Origin: Tubiluchus corallicola | Taxonomy: Eukaryota; Animalia; Priapulida | Assembly: GCA_030141605.1 (NCBI GenBank) | Contig: JAQGDQ010001591.1 | Location: 1 to 33,402, forward strand | Reading direction: 5' to 3' | DNA: 33,402 nucleotides | Shown here: positions 12,485 to 23,021 of the stretch, in pieces | Layout: every line of letters begins with the position of its first letter | How positions within the stretch are numbered: position 1 is the stretch's first letter | The notes under the pieces: generated by a model | Database searches by the model: none | What the model was told of the DNA's origin: nothing | Seen by the model: only the letters and a program-made list of their open reading frames with translations | Translations under genes and position numbers: made by a program

Positions 12485-12546
12485 TATCATCATCATAAAA
12501 ATTGGCTGGCTTCCAACACTTAGTATTTAACATCTCTATATTTCAG

Positions 12547-12734
12547 GTGTTGCCCTTGTGGCAAAATACCGCTTCTACTGGAGTCTGAAATATGGCTTCG
12601 CAGATCATGCTCTATTGGAGGGAATCGACGCTGATGGAGGATGTAGGAAAAAAGTTTTGAGGATTGTTAAAATGCTAAAAAATGATTTCTTTTGCAAAAC
12701 AACAAAACCAGTTTTGAACAGCTATATGATCAAG
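12547..12734 (+). CDS. Mab-21/cGAS-like receptor (cGLR) family, internal exon
   Basis: tttcAG acceptor and AAG|GTattc donor. Encodes (G)VALVAKYRFYWSLKYGFADHALLEGIDADGGCRKKVLRIVKMLK..VLNSYMIK, matching Mab-21 LVAK..W..E..GGCRK..L..LK..SY.LK. Confidence 0.85.
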
Positions 12735-14090
12735 GTATTCTGCGGTTCATATTTGTGACTTTGCCAGACTAAAAATAAGACTAATAACATATAAACTGTA
12801 GCTAACTCTAGTAGCATTTTTAATCTTAAAATTACTTTTGTCACTAAAAGTTTCAAGATAGCGTATATGTGGCAGGTTGCCAGGCGCTCTATGGTTGTAC
12901 AAAAGCAACTACGAATAAACGTAAATTCATTAAAGCAAAACCAGAAAACCAGGTCCAATCCTAAACTGTAAGTCAAAACAATCTACTCTTTAAAATACTT
13001 AATTGAAACATACTTTTTTCAAAAAATCACTTACGTGAAAGAATTATTACCAAATAACACAATTTCACGTTCGCGCCACTAGTTTTGCGCTGTTACATGC
13101 ATTTCGCCATTCGCTAGTTAGATGGACACTAGCGCCTGCATTTCAGAAATGCATAACAGGTGCTGTACCTCTCAGTTTAGATGTGTTAGTTTCATGACGA
13201 ACTACACAAAGTTCGACAGCTCATGTGTCAGCACAGCGGTAAATTGGAAATTTGACTTTTTATCTTAAACTTGCCTAGTTTTAGTACAACACACTGAATA
13301 TCTTACACCAACACTGTACTTCCATTTTGGCTTTCGCAAACACGTGCAACACGCTCGTGGAATATTTTTGATGTTAAAAATTATGTTAGTTTGTGATGTC
13401 ATCACTAGTTGGGTTCGCCCGCCATTAATTAAGATTTTAATCTATTATTCAATTATCAGAAACCTTTTGCAGTATTAATAGTGTTAAAATGTGTACTTTT
13501 ACCGTATTTGAAAATGGGGTAGTATGTGAAAAATCATCCTGTCTTCCTTTAAACAATTGAAATCCAGTACAACAAATAAAAACCGCATTCAATTGAAACT
13601 GCGCTCATGTTATAATTCTTAAAACTTTCGCACGACGGCGCTTTTTAGTCTAAAGCTTGACTATAGCTCCCAAGTATTGGGGTGTTCTGTTAAGGAAATT
13701 TTCATTGGTAAACTGGGCTTAAAAGAGAAGCTCTGTAACTCTTCCACCAGTCAGACTGTCTCTGGGCGACATGGTTCAACACGTGATAAATACACTAAAT
13801 TTTCTGATTTCCAAACTTCTCATTGTGAAAGCCTTGACCTTTGACCTACATTTATTAACTCCTTATGTGATTCTCATGTGAATCTAACATTTCATTTACA
13901 TGTTGCGTCTTCATGCCCTTCAAATTACCTTTTCTTCCTGCACCTGCACATTTCTCTTTATTTGCCTTATTGGGCCCGACCTCTACAAGTTCAAATTGGA
14001 CAGATCCAATAATTTATTAATCTTCTTTTTCTTTTTAATCATATAAATACTTTCGTCATAATGTATGTATGTTTGTTATGTTATAATTTT

Positions 14091-14091
14091 T

Positions 14092-14126
<35 letters not shown>

Positions 14127-14198
14127 GATCATGATCATGATTATGATCATCCTCTTGATCATCATCATCAGCAGCAGCATCAGCAGCATCAGCATCAT

Positions 14199-14230
<32 letters not shown>

Positions 14231-14255
14231 GCATCATCATCATCATCATTATCAT
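14091..14255. repeat. (CAT)n/(CAG)n microsatellite in cGLR intron
   Basis: Direct reading. Confidence 0.95.
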
Positions 14256-14819
14256 TAGTATTCTTTATTGCTAAAATGTTAAATGCAGTGTAAACATAAA
14301 ATTAAAATCATATTTACATTAAAAACTGTGTGTAACCAGTTTAGAAAACAAATACTGTCATACACTTAAAAGTAAATTGAGATCATAATTTTATACAAAA
14401 GAATTGGAAGAACTGCAATGTAACACAAAACGTTAAGAATTAAATCATAAATATACATCAATACAAGTAGCAAAGAATTTTATAATATGTAGAAAATACA
14501 CAACACGTGGATATTGAGAAATACAAGCACTCAATAGCTTTTGTAGAAGAAAGTATTTATGCAAAGATATGAGTTATTTATGTAAAAAGGTTTGGTTCAT
14601 TGCTGTTTCAGTGTTACGTATAAATTTATTGCTTTTATAGTTTGGGCGATTATAGTTTTACGTAGAGGATCCCTTTTAAACGAGTTGACAGTTTGTGCAA
14701 TACAATAAATTGAACTGAACTCAAGTTTTACTGGCTGTCTTACGTAATGGCTGCGGCCTTGTGTAACGGCAGCTAACATAATATATAATGAATCCATTAT
14801 ATCCACTATCCATTTGCAG

Positions 14820-15101
14820 ACTGTGCTGTTCTGGGAGTGTGACAAACTCGGGACGAGAAGCATTGCATGGAACCAAGATCATCTGGAAGAAAGAGTAATT
14901 GGACTCATCAACCGTCTCTTGCAGTATCTAAAAAATGGCTGTGTACCCATGTACTTTGATAACAAAGTAAATCTACTAGCACGAAAGCAAAGCCAGTCTG
15001 ACAAAGATGCATTAAGAAGCGAGATTCGCAATATTGAACTCTATGTAAGGGATCCAATAGGGCACATCGACCAAGTCTTACAAAGATGCATTAAAAAGTG
15101 A
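14820..15101 (+). CDS. Mab-21/cGLR family, last coding exon
   Basis: tttgcAG acceptor, phase 0, in frame with the previous exon: K|TVLFWECD..W..HLEERVIGLINRLLQYLKNGCVPMYFDNKVNLL (Mab-21 C-terminal signature). TGA at 15099-15101. Confidence 0.85.
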   Translation, partial: TVLFWECDKLGTRSIAWNQDHLEERVIGLINRLLQYLKNGCVPMYFDNKVNLLARKQSQSDKDALRSEIRNIELYVRDPIGHIDQVLQRCIKK

Positions 15102-15363
15102 GATACCATGGGGCAAAATTGCTATTGGAGTTGCTATTGGAGCTGGTTGTCTTGTAGCTGCTCATGCCATAACCAGCGACGGTAGTGGCGGTGGCAGTGG
15201 CGGCGGTGGTGGTGGTAGTGCTGGTGGTGGTGATAATATTCTTGGTAGTGATAGTATTGGTAGTGATAGTGGTGGTGGTGTTGGTCGTAGTGGTGGTAGT
15301 AGTTTTGTTGGTGGTGGTGGTTATAACGTAATGTTTTAATGTAATTGCATAAGATACCATATC

Positions 15364-15603
15364 TTTTGACTAAATTTCAATCGTGCTGTATTGTATCTCG
15401 TACTGTAATTGTTTAAGCTACTGGCAATATTTGACTAAATGTCAATCATGCTGTATTGTATCTCGTACAGTAATTGCTTAAGCTACTGGTAATTTTTGAC
15501 TAAATGTCAATCATGATGTATTGTATCTCATATCGCAATTGCTTAAGCTACTGGTAATTTTTGACTAAATGTCAATCGCAATTGCTTAAGCTACTGGTAA
15601 TTT
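15364..15603. repeat. ~66 bp tandem repeat, ~3.5 copies
   Basis: tttgactaaat(g/t)tcaatc(a/g)tg(c/a)tgtattgtatctc...aattgcttaagctactgg repeated. Confidence 0.9.
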
Positions 15604-15822
15604 TTTAATAAATATTAGTCATGAGTAAGAGTGAGACTGAATTATTCTATACTAATTAATTACGCACGTTATTTAAGCAATAAGCGCAACAAGTTGGATA
15701 ACATTAGGTCAATTCTTATACCGTGTCTGTACTATACGCACTTGTAGTTACTGGTCAATGACATCAGATGCATCATTTATTAGGATCGACGTTAACAACT
15801 GTGTGCGGCCAATAAACCATTG

Positions 15823-16200
15823 TACTCATTTCCTTACTTCCTGGAAAGAGCAATGACCAGCTACACAGTTCTTAGGAACCGTTACTCATTTCCTTACTTC
15901 CTGGAAAGAGCAATGACCAGCTACACAGTTCTTAGGAACCGTTGCTCATTACTTACTTCCTGGAAAGAGCAAGGACCAGCTGTACACAGTTCTTAGGAAC
16001 CGTTGCTCATTTCTTACATCCTGGAAAGAGCAATGACCAGCTATACACAGTCCTTAGCAACCGTTGCTCATTTTCTTACATCCTGGAAAGAGCAATGACC
16101 AACTGTCCACATTCTTTAGAAACTGTTGCTCATTTCTTACTAGTAATGACCAACTGTCCACAGTCCTCAGAAACTGTTGCTCATTTCTTACTTCCTGGAA
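15823..16200. repeat. ~60-62 bp tandem repeat, ~6 copies
   Basis: ctcatttc(c)ttac(t/a)tcctggaaagagcaatgaccagctacacagttcttaggaaccgtt(a/g) repeated. Confidence 0.9.
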
Positions 16201-17447
16201 ACAGCCTAGCATCTGCATAATCCCGACCACGCAGCCGATCAGAAAGCAGCTGCACTGGCCAGTGAAACTGACCACTGATCAGAGAATCACTGGGAAACAG
16301 TTGTAAAGACAGAACTGATGCCAGAGACTAAAAATAGATATTGACCACTAACCAGCAAGTCAGCAGATGACCATTGCCAAGGTGACAAACGAACGATTCT
16401 CTGCTGTCAGGCAGATCATTCTAAGAATAGAATTGATGTCATGAGCTAAAAATAACGCACTCACTGAGGCGTATATAAACAGCTGCAGAATGCTAGAGAG
16501 AGGATTGTAATTTAGACACGTGTGCTCAAATTATGTGTATTAACTGTACCAGGCAATGCTTATCCGTGCACTTAACAATGCCTCTCTGCCCCATCTATTG
16601 CAATAGTAACAGTTTTAACAGCTAGCTAGAACCTTACCTAGTTCATTTTTGTCATTCTTAAGCAAGATCCCACTAGTAAATCACTCTATGCACAGACTAG
16701 AGCATAATTAAGTAAAGTCCACATAAAACAACTGAAGTTACTGAACAGCTGCGGCAGGCGAATTTGCTTTACCCACACGTCTTAGTTAAGACGCGCTACT
16801 GTAGTATACTTAACCTTTGACCTACAGCAACTGCGCGTGCGCACAATGAAACAGTGAGAAGACCAATAGCCAGGAAATCCAAATTCTAATTAAAATTTAG
16901 TATGCATTGTTGCCAAACAATGTTAATGACAAAGTTTTCTATTACACAAATAACAATAAAAATGAAAACATCAAAACCATGGAACACATTTGAAAATTTC
17001 GCCTTATTAAATATATAAACAGCCCAGTGTGCCTTTTAATGTGCAAATTCAATAGCTTTTTTGAACAGTTTTAACAATGCAGTTTTTTTACGGCACGCGG
17101 GTAAATCTTGAGGACAAGAGTTTTCAAGTTTTTTACGTACGAATTGCCCAATTTATGCTCAACTTTGACATAATTATATTTGAAAGAATATACTTCTTTA
17201 TACTTCTTTTCGGAAAGTGGAAATTTGTATTTTATGGTGGCTGTGTGTTACTTCAGTTGGTCATTGTTCTCTCTGTTTACATGATTCGGTTTTTCTGCTT
17301 TCTTCTGCTTTTTTTCTGCTTTTTTGTAGGATTAACTGAATTGCTGAGAAGTATAACTTTGAAATCAAAGTTGCTTTATTGACTATACGATCAATTGTTC
17401 TTTATGTAAGTGTTATACCTACATATCTGTCAAGCTAAACTGCAATA

Positions 17448-17570
17448 CAGTCATACCCTGTTTTTGACCATAATTAGTTCCTAAAAAGTGTTTGAAAACC
17501 GATTTGGTTGAGTACCATTTATTCCCATAAGAACTAATGTGAAAGCAAATAATCCGTTCTCAAGCACTAA
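17448..17570 (+). mobile_element. Possible Tc1/mariner (pogo/Tigger-like) MITE end
   Basis: TA|CAGTCATACC start followed by ttcccataagaactaatgt..aatccgttc, resembling Tigger-like MITEs; no matching other end found. Confidence 0.3.
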
Positions 17571-18258
17571 ATGAACTATAAAGTATTACTAAAACAAAAT
17601 ATAATAATGCAAAAATGTTTATTCAAACAGTAGATATGATATAATTGATAAGAAAAACATGATATAATTACTTAGAAAGAAAAACATAATTGTTCATGAA
17701 AAAGCCGAAAAATTAAGCGTAGAAAGCAGTTGACGATACAAGTTCAACATAGAAGGATTGATTAAAAAGTTTATAGTCTACGCAAGTCTTTAATGTCTTC
17801 GCAAATGCGGGGGGGGGACAAAAGTCAAGAAAAGAAATCTTCAAAATATTTAACCTGCCAGTTTATGCATGGTCGTATATATTCGTTTAAATCACAAATA
17901 ATGATTTTCTTTATTTAACAACAACTTTTTTTTATTTAACACACAACAACAACAACAACAACAATAAAATAATAATCGATTTTTTACAAAATTACAGTCC
18001 TGCAATACTACACATTACTTAATTTTTTTTTGCTTTTTTTGGTGAAATGAAACATTATATTAATTATTTTCTAAAATTTATTCAGCTTTTAATTTACTAA
18101 TCCTGGTATTTACATTTTAATCTTGTAATTTTTTATTCATTGTGTTTTGTTTCACTTTAGTATTGTATTTGTATTTTACATTATCTTACTTGCAGGAATA
18201 AAAATTTGAATTGAAATTAAGTTGAATGAATTGAATTTAGTTTAGTTTAGTATGAACT

Positions 18259-19217
18259 TAGGGCAGGATTTAGACATGGGGGGGCCAGGAAGTTTGAGCT
18301 CGGGGGCCAATCAAAGTAAAAATTACATTACAAGGCAATTAGAAAATGATCTAAAATGAATAAAAAACCTCATTTCTTCGAAAACATGTTTACGTTAGCA
18401 AGAGACGAAATCTTCCGATTTTATTTTCCTCAAACTTATTAACTGAATTTTAACTTTAACTACAAATTTTCAGTTTGTAATATAAGCCATAGTGTTTATC
18501 TAAACATGATAAGATTGTCTTTCTATTTTGTGATACTCCCACGCAATTATATTTAATAATATACCAATTTTATAATCATTATAAAGAAAGTTTTTAGCTC
18601 GGGGGCCCAATTAGATTCTAAATGAACCACCAAAGTTTGATGTTAAATTACATAACGTAAATTCTACTTTGGAATTCTCTACCATTACAGGTTAAACAAA
18701 TCAAGTCCCTATCAGCATTTAAAACAAAATTAAAATCACTAATATTAACCAGATATGAAATACCATCACACCAGTACGACAACATACACACTAATTCAGA
18801 ATTCATATATCCACGGCCATATTAATTAAATCATAGTTTTTTCATTTTTTGTGCATAGTTGTCAACATGTTTGATTTTATTCGTCGTTACTTTCCATTAC
18901 TGCACAGTAGTTTAGATTGCACTGGCGCATTTGCCTTTAGCAGTGTAAGTTTTTATTAACTAACAATGATTGATCATCTCTGTAAAGTTTTTATCAGTGA
19001 TTATCAATGTACTTTAATGGCAAATAAAGATTGTATATATATATATATATATATAGCATAGCTGACATTAGCATAGCTCATGCTGAAATCAATCATTGTA
19101 GTGTTTTGTAATTGTAGTGACATCGAAGCAATAAACGATATTTTTATCAAGAAAATTCTTTGCTCTGGGGCCCGAGGCAACAAATTGCCCTCGATGCCCC
19201 CTGTAAATCCGACTCTT
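18259..19217. mobile_element. Non-autonomous hAT-like element
   Basis: Imperfect TIRs (tagggcaggattta..gggg / cccc..taaatccgactctt) flanked by an 8-bp TSD with 7/8 match (tatgaact at 18251, tatgaacc at 19218). Confidence 0.6.
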
Positions 19218-19570
19218 TATGAACCAACAATGATCGGTATTAAATTATGCGACGTAAATTCCTAAATTTTCATCGAATTTCAAAATTTTGGCATTTTTCT
19301 CTTACGAACACGTCTTACGAGGCTTAATATGAAAGATACGTCAAAATAAACATACTTTGGAAACCTATACTTCGAATCAATATACTTACCACTAAGCATC
19401 CGTCAGTTTCCAACCAAATTCATTAACGTTTGAAGAAGTATTCGAAAGTAGAAGTAAATGGTAAGTATTGAAATTCAACCGAGAGCCACACAATAGACAT
19501 TCTAATTAAAGCTGTGCATTTCACTTTTATACATTAGCACTGGTCAATCAAGCGTTGCTTTGTTCTTTAA

Positions 19571-19620
19571 TCATAATCTGGGCAGTGAAAGACGTAATTC
19601 AATATTCTTCTTTCTTACTG
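19571..19620 (-). CDS. Candidate short terminal exon of the LDLa-repeat gene
   Basis: attgtAG acceptor; phase-1 reading gives AVRKKNIELRLSLPRL-stop, followed by ATTAAA. Weak acceptor, no homology support. Confidence 0.2.
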
Positions 19621-19657
19621 CTACAATAGTTATAATTACTATTTAATTACGCATTTT

Positions 19658-20143
19658 AAGTCAATGTGCATTTTAAGACCAAAAATTGCATCATTTTATA
19701 TATTACCTGTGTGCAAGTCGACCTTAAAATATTAAGATCTTTTACAACAAAGAAATGGGGTACTGCATATACAAAGCTAGGGTTACTCTGTCGCCTGGCG
19801 TTACCACTTAGCTAAACCCCTTTCAATCTGGACAGACAAAGGATCACCGATCAAAAGACCACCAGAAACAAAGGACCACAAAAATGGACTATCAAAATAA
19901 AGATTAGCAGACCCACTCAAATGTCAGCCGAAAAACAAGTTGAAATCTGTACATATTTATGTACAAGTCGAATTTTTGGGAGGCGATTTTAAGGTGAAAT
20001 TTTGGGGGTCGACTTATACTTATGATATGTGTATTTTCGGATCCTGGCCACAATATCTTAGAGTTAAAGGCGTCACAAACAATTATGCGCGATGAAAGGC
20101 CAGGCTGCATTATCATGGATTGTATTGAGGCCCCTCAACATGA

Positions 20144-20189
<46 letters not shown>

Positions 20190-20413
20190 GCGCACACGCA
20201 CCCGCACACACACACTTATACATCGGGTAGGTATAATATACTCGGCCCAGGCACTTGCACGTATCTTACACACTAACACACTAGGCTATTGATTTATTAC
20301 TCGGCCATTGTTGACATCATTTACTCTGGAAGATCTTAACATTTTATGGTCGACTTGTACACAGGTAATATATAAAATGATGCAATTTCTGGTCTTAAAA
20401 TGCACATCAACTT
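19658..20413. mobile_element. MITE-like element with ~85 bp inverted repeats
   Basis: atgtgcattttaagacca(a/g)aaattgcatcattttatatattacctgtgt(g/a)caagtcgacc at ~19664-19723 is inverted at ~20348-20407; internal (CA)n(CG)n tract. Confidence 0.7.
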
Positions 20414-20436
20414 GTACATTCTGCTTTGGGTTGAAA

Positions 20437-22561
20437 TCTATACTCTTATATTAATATTCTTGGTATGGGCTTAATATATAAGATTCGAGGCTACAGCCCG
20501 GACGAGGGCACCATTTGCGGCGATCTATATATCAAACGAAAGGTCTCGATCTGGTGTCGTGCCATTGATGGTTTATTTTTCGAATCGGGCCCACCGGGAG
20601 GAACGGGGGGCGAAAAAACCCCCCAAAATGGCCCTTTTTCGGCCGTTTTTTGCAAAAAATTGCAAAAGTTATACGGCTGAGATGTAGAGAACGGGAACGG
20701 GCTGAGGGGGGTACTGGGCATGGATAGATAGCCCGTTCAGCGGTGGGTGTAGTAGGCATATTTAGAATTCCCGAGAGGGCCAGGGCGCCCCGCAACGGGC
20801 GTTTTCCCGGACCCAACTCGCGATTTTTTCGAAATTTTGACCAAACAGCATGCGGGAAAAACGTTTTAGCGTCGCCCGGTGGGACTCTAGGATGGAGATA
20901 TGGGACTCTTTACAAAGAGAAAGGACAGGGCTATACGACGATGTGGGTTGTATTTTAGGGCAGGTCCACCGAGAGGAGTATCGACGAGTTAATTAGGTGT
21001 TTTATTTTCGGCGATTTTCCCTTAGAAAACTGTGAAAATTCTCGCTTAGAAAACTGCGACGCATTCCATTGTGCTGACGTCATCTATACTCTTATATTAA
21101 TATTCTTGGTATGGGCTTAATATATAAGATTCGAGGCTACAGCCCGGACGAGGGCACCATTTGCGGCGATCTATATATCAAACGAAAGGTCTCGATCTAG
21201 TGTCGTCTCATTGATGGTTTATTTTTCGAATGGGGCCCACCGGGAGGAACGGGGGGCAAAAAACCTCCAAAAATGGCCATTTTTCGGCCGTTTTTTGCAA
21301 AAGTTATACGGCTGAGATGTAGAGAACGGGAATGGGCCGAGGGTGGTGCTGGGCATGGATAGATAGCCCGTTCAGCGATGGGTGTCATAGGCCTATTTAG
21401 AATTCGGGAGAGGGCCACGGCGTCCCGTAACGGGCGTTTTCCCGGACCCAACTCGCGATTTTTTCGAAATTTTGACCAAACAGCCTGCAGGAAAAACGTT
21501 CTAGCGGCGCCTGGTGGGACTCTCGGAAGCACATATATGGCTCATCAGAAAGAGGAAGAACGGGGCTACACGATGATGTGGGCTATATTTTAGAAAATTG
21601 CTGAGGCAATGCCATTGTTGTGACGTCATCCATTATTGCTTATAGCTTTAATTCAGCAAAAAGTTGCTTTGCGTTAGGTAAGTAAACAAACAGTGGGCAG
21701 GATGTTACGGGCTTTGTGTTATAAATGAGGACTGTGTAGGATGTTCGCGTGTTATTGATTATACGTGGTTTTTTACGCAAAATCTTTTGCGGGGCCTTTG
21801 CTATTTATTATATTATAGCACATAGTTTCAACCTTGTGAAAAATGTTTGGAATGGTTTTGTTGTAATGCTGTGCTGTTGGTGCTTGTGCTATAGGTGTCG
21901 TCATCGTTGCCACCATCATCATCATCAACATCATGATCACCACGTGAGGTGGTGGATTTGATGTGGTGTGGTGGTGGTGTGCTTTGTGTGTTGTGCTATG
22001 GATGGTGCGGTGGGGTGATAGGGTGTGTGGGGTGTGGTGTGGGTAGTGTGGTATGGAGTGGGTGGCGTGGTGTGTGGGTGGGTGTTGTGGTGCAGTGTGG
22101 TGTTATGGTGTGGTGCAGTGCGGTGTGATGTGGCAGAGTATTATAGTGTGGGTGGTGTAGTGTGGTGTGTGGGTGGTGCGGTGTGGTGTGGTGCAGTGGT
22201 ATGGTGTGGTGCAGTGTGGTGTGATGTGGTGGAGTCGTATGGTGTGGGTGGTTTGGTGTGGTGTGTGGGTGGTGCGGTGTACTGCAGTGGTATGGTGTGG
22301 TGCAGTGTGGTATGATGTGGTGGAGTGGTATGGTGTGGGTGGTGTGGTGTGTAGGTGGGTGGGTGGTGTGGTGCAGTGTGGTGTTATGGTGTGGTGCTGT
22401 GCGGTGTGATGTGGTGGAGTATTATGGTGTGGTGTGGTGCAGTGTGGTGTGATGTGGTGGAGCGGTATGGTGTTGTGCAGTGTGGTGTGATGAGGTGGAG
22501 TGGTGTGGTGTGGGTTGTGTGTTGATTTGTGCACAAAATTCTTTTTGTGGGGTTTGGCTAG
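20437..22561 (+). mobile_element. Non-autonomous Helitron (outer copy)
   Basis: A|TCTATACTC 5' end; 3' hairpin cacaaaa-ttct-ttttgtg (22532-22549), then CTAG|T; inserted between A and T without a TSD; contains a GTGTG-rich tract at ~21950-22520. Confidence 0.7.
21083..21804 (+). mobile_element. Non-autonomous Helitron (inner copy of a related family)
   Basis: A|TCTATACTC start, with ~500 bp highly similar to 20437-20958; 3' hairpin cgcaaaa-tc-ttttgcg (21776-21791), then CTAT|T (degenerate CTRR). Confidence 0.65.
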
Positions 22562-22751
22562 TAAAATATTAATACAAGTACAAGGTAAATCATTGGAAAA
22601 ATCTAAATGTGGCCGACATTACCGCAATATACCCTAAATTAGAATATTGGCAATTTCAATGCGAGGCGTTACGAACTCCTTCCAAATATGGCCATAACGT
22701 GGCACGGTGGCACCACTATCAACTCATTGGATGATATGTTCTTGAACTTAC

Positions 22752-22862
22752 CACAGTTTACTTCGTCTATATCACAGTCTTGAACACCATCGCAAAACAA
22801 GGTATCTGGTCTACAAATATTATCACCACACTTGGTATAACCAGGCGAACAGTCATGAGTCC
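22752..22862 (-). CDS. LDLa-repeat protein, LDLa exon 7
   Basis: ttacAG..G|GTAAGT, 111 nt, phase 1-1: GTHDCSPGYTKCGDNICRPDTLFCDGVQDCDIDEVNC. Confidence 0.8.
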
Positions 22863-22896
22863 CTGTAATAAAAAATAATTTATTTTCCGGGGAAGG

Positions 22897-23021
22897 AGTT
22901 TACATTTCCCCACACAATATCCTACCCCTAATCTAGCCCTAACCCTACCCTTACCCTATCCCTAACCTCAATCCTAATCCGATTCACGAACTAATTTCTT
23001 GTGTGTGGGGAATTGTAAACT
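22897..23021. mobile_element. Small MITE with ~20 bp TIRs and central telomere-like (CCCTAA) repeats
   Basis: agtttacatttccccacaca ... tgtgtggggaattgtaaact enclosing degenerate cctaaccctaccc repeats. Confidence 0.6.

Noticed and set aside
15045-15060. GTAAGG...ATAG micro-intron whose removal would fuse the cGLR in frame to the TM tail
   Set aside because: Only 16 nt, far shorter than the other introns here and than normal animal spliceosomal introns; worth a glance in RNA-seq but not called.
20465-21593. GC-rich duplicated short ORFs
   Set aside because: They lie within the non-autonomous Helitron copies, have no recognisable domain, and their frames are only partly preserved between copies.
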